Positions 30,268 to 39,053 of a stretch of 64,000 nucleotides of DNA are shown piece by piece (positions within the stretch are counted from its first letter, which is position 1; the number at the start of each line of letters is the position of its first letter). Source of the DNA: Candidatus Latescibacterota bacterium. Its GTDB lineage: Bacteria; Latescibacterota; UBA2968; GCA-2709665. The stretch spans positions 5,280,001-5,344,000 of the forward strand of contig OZ220733.1 in assembly GCA_965116875.1 (NCBI GenBank). Direction: 5' to 3'. The notes beneath the pieces were generated by a model, which did no database searches, was not told where the DNA came from, and worked only from the letters and a program-made list of their open reading frames with translations. Both the position numbers and the translations under genes were made by a program.

Positions 30268-31161
30268 TTACTGACTACCGTTTTCGACGCTGTTGTTTCC
30301 CGGCGTTCTCAGACTCTCAAACACGGCGGCGGAGAGGATGATCAGGCCGCCGACGATCTCCCGGCCGGACGGAATGGCGGCCAGGAAAATGATCGCGATG
30401 ATGACGCCATAGACGGTTTCCAGCGCCAGGGTGATCCCGACGACTTTCCCGGAAAGATACCGCTGGCTGTTAACGAATAGAATTCGAGCGAAACCGGTCA
30501 GTACCACGCCCAGCACCACCACGAGTGCGAGATCCCTGGTTCCCGGCAATTCGAAAAGCGTCTGATTGTAGAACATGAATGGAAGAAGCAGCAGGGCCGC
30601 AATGCCCAGTTCATAGGCTGAAATATCCCAGGTGTTGTATTTGTGGACGATCCGTTTCTTGCGCAGCAGGATGAAGAGCGGGAGCATCGCGCCGGAGGCC
30701 ATGCCGTAGAGTACCCCCTGAAAATTCGCGTCGGACAGATCGAAATTCGGCGCGAGGCAGTAGACCCCGGTCAATACCGCGACCGCACTGGCGAAGTCAA
30801 GGGCCCGCAGCCTGACGTTGAAGAACATACTCTCGAGGAAAACCATCAGTACCGGATACGTATACGTCGTCACCAGACCGATGGCGACCGTCGAGACCTT
30901 GATCGACTGAAAGAAGAGCACCCAATGGACCGAGAGCAGGACTGCGATCGCCGCAAAGGTCGCCAGATCGCTCCAGCTCCGGACGGGCGCGTGACTCTTG
31001 AGCCTTATTGCAACGACGGAAATGACGAGGGCAGCAAGAACCGTCCTCCAGAAGACGATCTGATACGGGTCGAGGTCCACCGCTTTTCCGAGGGGACCGA
31101 TGAATCCATACAGGAGGGTCGCAACATGCACCTCCACGAGCGACCGGGACCTATCTGTCAT
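30268..31161 (-). CDS. DMT/EamA family transporter
   Basis: About ten hydrophobic segments; HWVLFFQSIKVSTVAIG. Confidence 0.88.
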   Translation of the reverse strand: MTDRSRSLVEVHVATLLYGFIGPLGKAVDLDPYQIVFWRTVLAALVISVVAIRLKSHAPVRSWSDLATFAAIAVLLSVHWVLFFQSIKVSTVAIGLVTTYTYPVLMVFLESMFFNVRLRALDFASAVAVLTGVYCLAPNFDLSDANFQGVLYGMASGAMLPLFILLRKKRIVHKYNTWDISAYELGIAALLLLPFMFYNQTLFELPGTRDLALVVVLGVVLTGFARILFVNSQRYLSGKVVGITLALETVYGVIIAIIFLAAIPSGREIVGGLIILSAAVFESLRTPGNNSVENGSQ

Positions 31162-31285
31162 CCGCCAGCCTCAGTGCCGAACGATGTCGGTGATGGTTGC
31201 GCGACTTGTACACTCTTGACATGGATGGGGTCTTTGTCGTTCTTTTCACTGTCCCAGATGAAGCAAATAGACGAGGAGAATCGCA

Positions 31286-31519
31286 ATGTCTGAGCCATCG
31301 ATCGTACGAGATCTCGAAGAAAAAATCAGTCGCCTCAGTACGGATGAGCAGATGCAGCTTATTGAGCGCGTAAGTCACCGAATGCGAGCTGTCAACACTT
31401 CGATCAGGGACGTAGATGCTCAATTACGTGAAATGGCCGCTGATCCTGAAATTCAAAAGGAACTTCGGGAAATCGAGAGTGAATTCTCCCCCACAGAGGG
31501 AGACGGGCTGGATGACTGA
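31286..31519 (+). CDS. Small antitoxin-like protein followed by a toxin stub
   Basis: AGGAG RBS; LREMAADPEIQKELREIESEF..DGL; TGATG overlap with a 15-codon ORF MAIELGD... Confidence 0.65.
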   Translation: MSEPSIVRDLEEKISRLSTDEQMQLIERVSHRMRAVNTSIRDVDAQLREMAADPEIQKELREIESEFSPTEGDGLDD

Positions 31520-31585
31520 TGGCAATTGAACTAGGTGACGCAGGCAGGGGTCGATCTTTATCTTGAATCGACGTTTTTCCCAATT

Positions 31586-32245
31586 TCACGTGTATATCCC
31601 TATCGTCATCCGGCGCACCTTTGTTGAAGCTTCGCCTTTCGCGATCAGCGCCGTCCTGATGGCGGGCGCCAGCACCTGTCCGACCGGAAAGCCTTCGGGA
31701 CCGCAGGAGACGTATGAATATCCCAGGTGCGCCTTGGCTGACTTCTTTTCAGTATCGACGATGACCCCAAGGTCAACGTCCTCGATCACCGTTCCGCCAT
31801 CGCCGATCTGACCGTCGCTGCCCTCCGCGAAGAGCGTCTGCATTCCCTCCGAAGACCCGTCCCGCAGCAAAAGCCTCACGCGTCCGGCCGGCGCCACACC
31901 GGCTTCAATTGGCGCCGCCTGCAGTTGAATCCCGGCAGGATTGTCAGTCGGCGAAACAAAACCCAGGCTGAACTCCGCCGGCCCGTTCACCGTCACTCCC
32001 ACCGCCACCAGTTCCACGACCTTCACAACGGACATGCTCAAGGATGACCCGCTCAACGTCACGCCGTCGCCGGTGTTTCCCCGTGCGATCATCGCGTAGT
32101 GGCTGCCGTAGGCATCCGTATAGTCACACGTCTCTGCGCGGGACGATCCGGTTAGCGTTTGCATCATCCACGCCGGCAGGCCGTGTGTGAAGTTGACCTC
32201 CTCGACTTCCGCGTGATAGGTCGTGCGAAGCAATCTTCGGTTCAT
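31586..32245 (-). CDS. Hypothetical protein
   Basis: Long ORF, RBS-like GGGGGA, co-oriented with the upstream gene. Confidence 0.6.
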   Translation of the reverse strand: MNRRLLRTTYHAEVEEVNFTHGLPAWMMQTLTGSSRAETCDYTDAYGSHYAMIARGNTGDGVTLSGSSLSMSVVKVVELVAVGVTVNGPAEFSLGFVSPTDNPAGIQLQAAPIEAGVAPAGRVRLLLRDGSSEGMQTLFAEGSDGQIGDGGTVIEDVDLGVIVDTEKKSAKAHLGYSYVSCGPEGFPVGQVLAPAIRTALIAKGEASTKVRRMTIGIYT

Positions 32246-32300
32246 GGTTCTTCCCCCTGCATCCATATGTTCGATTCAACTCAGTCCTGATTTTCTTCGA

Positions 32301-33212
32301 CTACTTCCACTCGATCACCGCGGCGTTGATTCCACCGCACAGAAGATAGAGCTTGTCCTCGTGAAACACCGGAAACGGCCAGTGGCCGGATTCGAGCACA
32401 CACCCCATATCCTCGTACGGACCGGTCACGTCCGAGCCCTCGGAAAGCGCGCCGGAAAGTCCGCGATCATCATTGAACAGCATCAGCCATCGGTCCCACA
32501 GCCGGACGAGAATGGATGCGAACGGCCCCCGGCTGCCCGGCATATTTCCCAGCAGGGGCTTTTTCGACAGTCGCCAGTGGATCCCGTCCACGCTCATCGC
32601 CAGGCCGGCCACGGTCGTCACGCCGTTCGCCTGCGCGTTCCATCCGAGTCCGTTGCCCTGAAACGTCCCGATGAACATGGGGCCGTCCTTCACCACCCGG
32701 ACGTAACTCACGCTCTGACCGTACCAGTGGTTCTTCAGGTTCGGGTGCGTTGTCATTATGGGGAATACCTTCTGCTTGAAATGCACGCCGTCCCTCGACG
32801 TCGCCAGCGCCGTCGGCTGCCTGCCGGTTGTGTGGACGCCATGGAAGTACATGTAGACCTCTCCGTTGTGCATGACGACCGACGGTGAGGAAATGTGCTT
32901 CGTGAACGACGTCGCCGAAAGTTCCAGAACGGCATTCTGCCAGGTCCATGGACCCAGCGGGTGCGCCGCCGTCGCGAGCCAGATCTCCGAACCGTCGTGA
33001 GTCGCCACGTACGCATAGTACGCATCGATAGGATCCGGAAGCACGCCCGTCGTCGGCAATACCGAGATATACGTCGCGTCCTGACCGGCGAATTCCTGGT
33101 CGTCCGTCGCCGTCAGCACCGGATTTCCCTCGTACTGCACCGCCTTCGGCAGATGGAACGACATCTGGCCCGCGGCGCCGGCCGCCGTGAACTCCAATGG
33201 AAAGGTCTTCAT
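32301..33212 (-). CDS. Five-bladed beta-propeller glycosidase-like protein
   Basis: YEGNPVL, HISSPSVV..YMYFHG, LATSRDGVHF, LAMSVDGIHW. Confidence 0.7.
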   Translation of the reverse strand: MKTFPLEFTAAGAAGQMSFHLPKAVQYEGNPVLTATDDQEFAGQDATYISVLPTTGVLPDPIDAYYAYVATHDGSEIWLATAAHPLGPWTWQNAVLELSATSFTKHISSPSVVMHNGEVYMYFHGVHTTGRQPTALATSRDGVHFKQKVFPIMTTHPNLKNHWYGQSVSYVRVVKDGPMFIGTFQGNGLGWNAQANGVTTVAGLAMSVDGIHWRLSKKPLLGNMPGSRGPFASILVRLWDRWLMLFNDDRGLSGALSEGSDVTGPYEDMGCVLESGHWPFPVFHEDKLYLLCGGINAAVIEWK

Positions 33213-33244
33213 TCTGCCTCCTTCACTGTATACGTTGTATACAC

Positions 33245-33898
33245 TCAATTGCCTTCAATGGCAACAAATAGCAGCCGGTCGACCAAATCCTGGCATGAAT
33301 CATAGATCTCACAGTCCGCGCCGTCAAATCGAAACCTGTCCTGGTGCCCCCGCAATACGACAATGGGACGGCAGCCCACGGCGCGGGCCACCTCCACGTC
33401 GTGGTCCGTGTCGCCTATGAACAACGTTCCGGATGGATCGAGATCGAAATCCGCAATCAGACTGCGGCACCTCCGCTCCTTCGACGCAGCCAATCGATCG
33501 GAGAGCCCGTACACACCCTTGAATCGATCCTGAATACCGTGAATACGCACCCACGAGGCGACCATTTCTTCTTCGGCAGCCGACAGGACGAACTGATCTA
33601 CTCCATGTCTTTCAAAGAACTCGAGCGCCTCCGCGATCCCCGGATTGAGTGAACACGTTCCGATGCCAGCCTGGTATACGCTGTGGAATTCATCGGAAAT
33701 GTCTCGTTGTGCTTCCCTGTTCAGATCGAATCCGAGTTGACGGTAGTAATCGGATACGGGAAACCGGAAGATCTGTCGATGTGTCGCGTTGTCGACCGTC
33801 GGCAGTTCTCTTCTGCGCAACAGTTCGTTCATCGAGCGTGTCGCCAGTTCCACGTCGTTCAGAATGGTGCCGTTGAAGTCCCAAATGACTGATTTCAT
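33245..33898 (-). CDS. HAD-family hydrolase
   Basis: IWDFNGT, LSA, FIGDTDHD. Confidence 0.88.
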   Translation of the reverse strand: MKSVIWDFNGTILNDVELATRSMNELLRRRELPTVDNATHRQIFRFPVSDYYRQLGFDLNREAQRDISDEFHSVYQAGIGTCSLNPGIAEALEFFERHGVDQFVLSAAEEEMVASWVRIHGIQDRFKGVYGLSDRLAASKERRCRSLIADFDLDPSGTLFIGDTDHDVEVARAVGCRPIVVLRGHQDRFRFDGADCEIYDSCQDLVDRLLFVAIEGN

Positions 33899-34048
33899 TG
33901 CACTTTTGCAAATAACGCACGCCCACCAAGAATACATCCGCTCATGGAACATAATCCCCGCCAGCCGACCGCTCCAACGGGGATTCTCGTACGTACCGAT
34001 TTCAACTGAATTTGACGGACTTCATTGTCCGGACCAACGCTTCAGATG

Positions 34049-34288
34049 TCAGTCATCACCAACGTCGTCTGAATGCGCCGGATTGTTTTCTCTGGTCACC
34101 CGTATCAGGAATCGTAATGCCTCGTTAACGGAATCAGCGTCCGGAAACACTTCAGCAACATCAGGTTCCAACTGCACGACGAATCTGCCAAAGCCCTCTC
34201 GCCCCGGACCCACCTTCCTCACCCGCAGGTTCTTCAAGTCATACTCCGCCCGCATTTCATCCTGCATAGGTACCCTATCCATTTTCAA
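34049..34288 (-). CDS. BrnA-like antitoxin; no intact toxin upstream
   Basis: DEMRAEYD...LEPDVAEVFPDADSVNEALRFL. Confidence 0.75.
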   Translation of the reverse strand: MKMDRVPMQDEMRAEYDLKNLRVRKVGPGREGFGRFVVQLEPDVAEVFPDADSVNEALRFLIRVTRENNPAHSDDVGDD

Positions 34289-34367
34289 ATACGTCTCTCT
34301 TTCGCAGGGCTTTCGTCAATCCACCTAACCCACGTTCGACGCTATTCCCCCGCAAAATGAGAAGCCA

Positions 34368-34544
34368 TCATCCGGAAGCTTTGGGCTTCATGCCGTCGGC
34401 TTGCTTCGGAAACGTAAGCCTTCCTTTATGTCTCTTCTCTTTCTCGCGAAGTCGTTCTACAATCTGGCGAATATCGTGGTTGCACTCTTTGGCGATCTGC
34501 CTTCGAACCGCGTGAATTTCTTCAACGATCGGGTCCTTCCACAT
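34368..34544 (-). CDS. 58-aa antitoxin-like protein (MWKDPIVEE type), below the ORF-track cutoff
   Basis: MWKDPIVEEIHAVRRQIAKECNHDIRQIVERLREKE...; AGGAG upstream. Confidence 0.7.
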   Translation of the reverse strand: MWKDPIVEEIHAVRRQIAKECNHDIRQIVERLREKEKRHKGRLTFPKQADGMKPKASG

Positions 34545-35429
34545 GATTACGCTCCTTCAGGGACTTCCGATATTTCCTGGTCGCATTCCGCACTTAATAC
34601 ACAATGCCAATATAGATTATTGGCTCTCCCGGTGCAAGGTATTCGAGAGTTCGAAAGTTGATACCTTCAGGAATGTCGCCCGACCGACGAGTTCCAAATC
34701 AGACGCCGCTGTGGGAACGCCTGTGGTTTTGAAGGGCGTCGACGATGCACTGCTGTCCAAGAACCGCGGGATTCCTGGAGATGACGTTCGAAAAGTGGAT
34801 TCCTTTCGCGATTATGGACGGCTTTGACCTCGACAACGAAAACCGGGTTGCCATGGGTTCGCGTCTGTTGCAGGGCTTCTCATTCTGAACGGAGTCGAAG
34901 CATCGTTCGCCGCTTCCGTACCGCGCTGGAGTCGGACGTGCTGCCTCTAGGGCGTCGCCATGTGCAGATCGCGGGGGATGATCCCATGCCGCAGTAGATC
35001 CTTCGTCGGCCTGGGGCTTTCTCTACATGAGAAACTGGTCTCAGGCGAAACGGATGCGATTCCTGGACGTCGCACCCAGGCCTCCTCTGGATGACAGTGG
35101 GAAGCAACGTGCTCGGCTATCAGCCAGCATGTCATTCAGAGCGGAGCGAAGATCTGGCCGGTTCATTTCGCCAATGGTTATTGCAAGTCATGTCATTCGG
35201 AGCGTAGCGAAGAATCTCCCGTCTACTATGTTAAAAGTCAAGAGAGAACGACAATTTGTCGGCCTCAGATGCTGGGGTTACTCTGCCATTGTTCGTACCG
35301 ATGCGACGCGTTCATTCCGACACGCTCGACGAGCGTGTCGGAATGAACGAAACAGACGTCATTAAGCCTTGAATGGGTTCCCTGCCACACGACAGCAGTA
35401 GGGACCGGGCGTACGGTGTTCTCTTTTGG

Positions 35430-35637
35430 ATGGCCTCAGATGCTCGGTCAACGCTACCAGTCTACTATTCGTAGTCGCCATTTGCAGGCGCTAACATGCC
35501 ATTTATCCGGAGCCGTGCGAGAGCTGGGGGCGAGCAAACTTCATCGACGTAGTACCTGACGGTCTACAAGACGGGAGGCGCCGTCCCCCGTGCTCCACGA
35601 TCAAGAGCGGTGTGGGCGCAGGCATCTGATGTGACCG
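35430..35637 (-). ncRNA. Putative bridge/seek RNA of the IS1111-type element
   Basis: Closing stem tcagatgc/gcatctga; internal loops match the reconstructed target and the circle junction. Confidence 0.7.
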
Positions 35638-35642
35638 GGTGT

Positions 35643-36713
35643 TCAGCCGGCAAAGAGTCCCAACTGATAGGGCTCTCCATTCAGCAAGATCCTGCGCATG
35701 CGGCAAAGCAGGGATCTGGCAACTCCGACGATGGCGTGTTTACCACCGGCACGAACCCTGATGCGTTCATATTTTTCCTGCATCGCGGGATCTTTCTCGA
35801 TCAGGCGCCAGGCCGCCTGGATGAGTAACGCACGCACCATCGGTTTCCCCTGGCGGGTGATACGCCCGTGCCTCACATGCTCTCCCGACGAGTGCTGGCC
35901 GGGCGTCAGCCCCACGTAGGCCGCCAGCGTCCGTGCGTTTTTGAAGCGCGCCACATCCTGCAGCTCCAGGAGGATCTCCATGGCCGACAGGCATCCCACG
36001 CCCGGGATCGACGTCAGGATGGCCACGCGGTCCCGATACGCATCTGTTTCCGCAAGCTGCCACAGCATCCTCGTCTGGCGATGCACCTGCTCACACAGGT
36101 CAGCGTATTGCTCCAGCATGTTCTCGAAGCTCTCCTGCGCATACGGATCTTCCAGATGCACATCGCCAAGTGCGGTCACGAACTTGCCAGACCACCGCCC
36201 TGTCGATTCTTCGGGCATGTCGATCCCCATATACCGCAACTCGGCCTTGATCCGTAGTTGCACACGCACCCGATCCTTGATGAACTGCCGGCGGCGACGA
36301 CTCACCTGGCGGTGGGATCGCTCTTGAGGCGTTGGCACATAGATCGATGACAAGAGGTCCTTCCTCAGATAATCCGCCAGCTTGAAGCTGTCGATGCGAT
36401 CCGTCTTGACCAGGTTCCCACTCTGGCTCGGGATCAGGCTCGGCGGCGTCACACAAGCATCCACACCCATATCGACGAGAAAATCGTACAGCCCGAACCC
36501 GAAATAACCCGCTTCATACACCGCACAGATCTTCTTCGCTTCGCCGTACCGACTCAACAGCTTATCGATCGCCTCTGTTGTGCCTGCGATGCGATTGGAG
36601 AACAGTCGCAAACCATCCTCGTTGAGAATGGTGATGTGCCACTGCTTCCGATGCATGTCGATGCCCACGAAAAGATCCTTGCCCCGCCACGCTTCAACGG
36701 TATACCTTGCCAT
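35643..36713 (-). CDS. IS110-family DEDD recombinase/transposase
   Basis: VGIDMH, YEAG, KTDRID, LTSIPGVG, YVGLTP..SSG..GRITRQG. Confidence 0.95.
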   Translation of the reverse strand: MARYTVEAWRGKDLFVGIDMHRKQWHITILNEDGLRLFSNRIAGTTEAIDKLLSRYGEAKKICAVYEAGYFGFGLYDFLVDMGVDACVTPPSLIPSQSGNLVKTDRIDSFKLADYLRKDLLSSIYVPTPQERSHRQVSRRRRQFIKDRVRVQLRIKAELRYMGIDMPEESTGRWSGKFVTALGDVHLEDPYAQESFENMLEQYADLCEQVHRQTRMLWQLAETDAYRDRVAILTSIPGVGCLSAMEILLELQDVARFKNARTLAAYVGLTPGQHSSGEHVRHGRITRQGKPMVRALLIQAAWRLIEKDPAMQEKYERIRVRAGGKHAIVGVARSLLCRMRRILLNGEPYQLGLFAG

Positions 36714-37047
36714 CACGAGCCTCCTTGTGAAAGTGTTTGTTGTGGACAACGGCAAAGTATACTCTCACAAGCTGAGGCTCAACTTCATTTTAACATAGTG
36801 ACTTCTGGCTCGTACGTGTAGCATATGGCCTTCATAGACAAATTCGTGCGCGGACGCTCTGCCAGACTTTCCGCCACCTCTCTATAACATTCGGCCGAAA
36901 GTGTAAAGGCCACATTTCGCCAATGGTTGTGGGCGAATTTTCCATCCGTATATTTCGCACACTTTCGCATCTTTCGTTGGTAACCACACCCGCTTTTGGA
37001 CAGGTGTGTCGACGATGAAAGATGCATTGTAAACAGTAGGCAATAAC

Positions 37048-38403
37048 TCATCTCACTCGAATCATCAATTCGCCGAGGACCTCCAGGCCTTTCTTAAGAA
37101 TTGGTTCTTCCGTTTCGCTCACCGCTTCCGTCATCGGATCGACGGGTACGGAAGGCGTATACGCGCTTCTTGACGACCCGACGAACTCCTGAGACGCCGG
37201 GTCACCCTTCAGGGTCCCGTTGAAGATCTTCTGTCTGGTGCACTGAAATCCGATTCCTGTATTCGGCATCCGCATCGTGTAGACCGAACCCTCCAGTCCC
37301 GCCATCTTCGTTCCCACGACAGTTGCTCGATCCAGTGCGTCCAGACTGATCGTCAGACCCTCGCCCGCGCTTCCCGTCCAGCGGTTCACCAGAATCACCA
37401 GAGGTCGTTCGTACTGCCATTCTCCTCTCGGTCTCACCCGGCTTAGAAACGGCGCTCCGTTGCGAGGCACGGTTCGCTGATAGACCCGTTCCCGGTCGAT
37501 CAGGCGCCCGATGATTCCCTCGACGACCCCCGTATTGCCCCCGCCGGCTTTGCGCAGATCGAGAATCAATCCGGCAGTGTGGCGCAACGCTTCGAGTGCG
37601 ACATCGAAATCCTCCAGGAGTTGACGGCCCGTCAGGGTTCCATTGATGACGACGTATCCGATTTGGTGATCCAGAATCCGGAAATCGAGATTCGATTGGT
37701 ATTCTGATCTGTACGCGACATCAAATTGATCGGGCGGAATGGTGACCGGTCTGGTCTCGCCTCGGTCGCTGAACTCGATTATCCTGGTCTCGTTCCGATA
37801 TCCCGCCAGCACCTTTCTCAGCGTCCAACCCCTAATCTCGTCGCCGGCCTGGACAAAGGAACGCCCCATCCGCTTATGAACGGCGTCTTCGATCGGCATT
37901 CCATTGAAACGAAGGACCTCCATCCCGGGATGCAGACCGGCGGCATCGGCGGGAAATCCCGGTCGGATTCCCGTTACGATTGCCCTGCCGCCAATCCATT
38001 CCGCCCAGACGTCCGTCCGCGAAGGCGCGATGTTCGGAGAAGATGCCGTATGCGTGTTCAAATGAACGTGGTCGTCGTACAGCTCCTCCAAGACCCTCTC
38101 CAGCTGTGCGATGAATTCCGATTTCGTCGAAATCGTTCGGATCTGAGGCCGGTATATCTCTCTGACTCGATCCCAGTCGGTCCGCTTTTCGTCAAAATAC
38201 GCATAGTCCGCACGGAACGTCTCCCACAGAAAATCGAAGTCCTCTTCGTACTGTTGTGAAGTCAGGTCGTTCTGCGCGAACGCGATCGAACAACTCAGGG
38301 AATTGAACGTCAACAGCACGCAGAAGAGGAATACAAGGAGCATCGATTCCGGTCCGGTGTCATGTTCCAGGTGCGCACCCTCGATACCGCGGATCCCTTG
38401 CAC
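37048..38403 (-). CDS. S41-family peptidase with PDZ domain
   Basis: GLILDLRKAGGG, NRWTGSAGE, VVGTKMAG; true start may be 38343. Confidence 0.85.
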   Translation of the reverse strand: MQGIRGIEGAHLEHDTGPESMLLVFLFCVLLTFNSLSCSIAFAQNDLTSQQYEEDFDFLWETFRADYAYFDEKRTDWDRVREIYRPQIRTISTKSEFIAQLERVLEELYDDHVHLNTHTASSPNIAPSRTDVWAEWIGGRAIVTGIRPGFPADAAGLHPGMEVLRFNGMPIEDAVHKRMGRSFVQAGDEIRGWTLRKVLAGYRNETRIIEFSDRGETRPVTIPPDQFDVAYRSEYQSNLDFRILDHQIGYVVINGTLTGRQLLEDFDVALEALRHTAGLILDLRKAGGGNTGVVEGIIGRLIDRERVYQRTVPRNGAPFLSRVRPRGEWQYERPLVILVNRWTGSAGEGLTISLDALDRATVVGTKMAGLEGSVYTMRMPNTGIGFQCTRQKIFNGTLKGDPASQEFVGSSRSAYTPSVPVDPMTEAVSETEEPILKKGLEVLGELMIRVR

Positions 38404-38423
38404 CGGCTCGTCACTGGCCGCGT

Positions 38424-39032
38424 TCAGAGAATCTCACTGCCGAAGTCCGCGTACGTCCCCGCGGCCGAGAGCCGGATCGGGATTTCGGGGCGGTCGAGCT
38501 CGGTAGCGATGGAATCCAGCGCAGCGAAATCGGGGATGGTCCAGACGGCCAGGCCGCCAGGTTCTGGCGCCAGCTTCCCGATTCTCTGTACGAGAAGATT
38601 GAGCGTAAAATCAGGATGTCGTTCCGCACGGTTTTCGAAGAAGCTTCGGACTGCATCCGTGGTGTCCTGGGCGCTGAAAAATTCGGCGTAGTACGTGCCA
38701 TTGCGGGCCGGGACCGGTTCGAGCAGCGGTTCGTAGCAGCCGGCGACGTCGATCCGGGCGACCTGAAAGAACGGCTGTTCCAGATCGTCCGCCTCGCCGC
38801 TGCGAAAGATCCGGTCCCACCCGTCGATCCTATCGAGGCCGGCGTCCCGCGTGTGCCAGACGGTCATGTAACCAGGTTGGGGACCCAGTCGCCACGTGCG
38901 GCCGAGGGACAGAACCAGTTCGTCCTCATAGCCGCTATCCCATCCCTCCTGCCCCTGTGCGGCCCGCGCGCGGAACGTCTCCGGATCGATGCCTGGCAGA
39001 CGGCTGATGTATTCAATGTAGACGAGTCCCAT
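38424..39032 (-). CDS. Hypothetical protein
   Basis: Long GC3-rich ORF in line with its neighbours. Confidence 0.65.
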   Translation of the reverse strand: MGLVYIEYISRLPGIDPETFRARAAQGQEGWDSGYEDELVLSLGRTWRLGPQPGYMTVWHTRDAGLDRIDGWDRIFRSGEADDLEQPFFQVARIDVAGCYEPLLEPVPARNGTYYAEFFSAQDTTDAVRSFFENRAERHPDFTLNLLVQRIGKLAPEPGGLAVWTIPDFAALDSIATELDRPEIPIRLSAAGTYADFGSEIL

Positions 39033-39053
39033 CTTGTGTTCCTTCCTGCTGTA

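Larger units (their letters stand above)
35223..36801 (-). mobile_element. IS110-family insertion sequence, IS1111 type
   Basis: Subterminal inverted repeats actatgttaaaa (35225-35236) / ttttaacatagt (36788-36799); CT core at 35223-35224 and 36802-36803; long non-coding region downstream of the transposase. Confidence 0.9.
34748..37008 (+). mobile_element. MITE-A copy 2, full length, interrupted by the IS110-family element
   Basis: Termini cactgctgtccaa / ttggacaggtgtg; 9-bp duplication tcgacgatg at 34739-34747 and 37009-37017. Confidence 0.85.

Noticed and set aside
26884-30341. Long plus-strand ORFs, and similar antisense ORFs at 4683, 44947, 52535 and 54677
   Set aside because: Antisense shadows of well-supported genes in GC-rich DNA
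36804-36806. Alternative TCT/AGA core for the IS
   Set aside because: The CT core restores the site length seen in MITE copy 3 and gives the 17-bp promoter spacing with TATGTT
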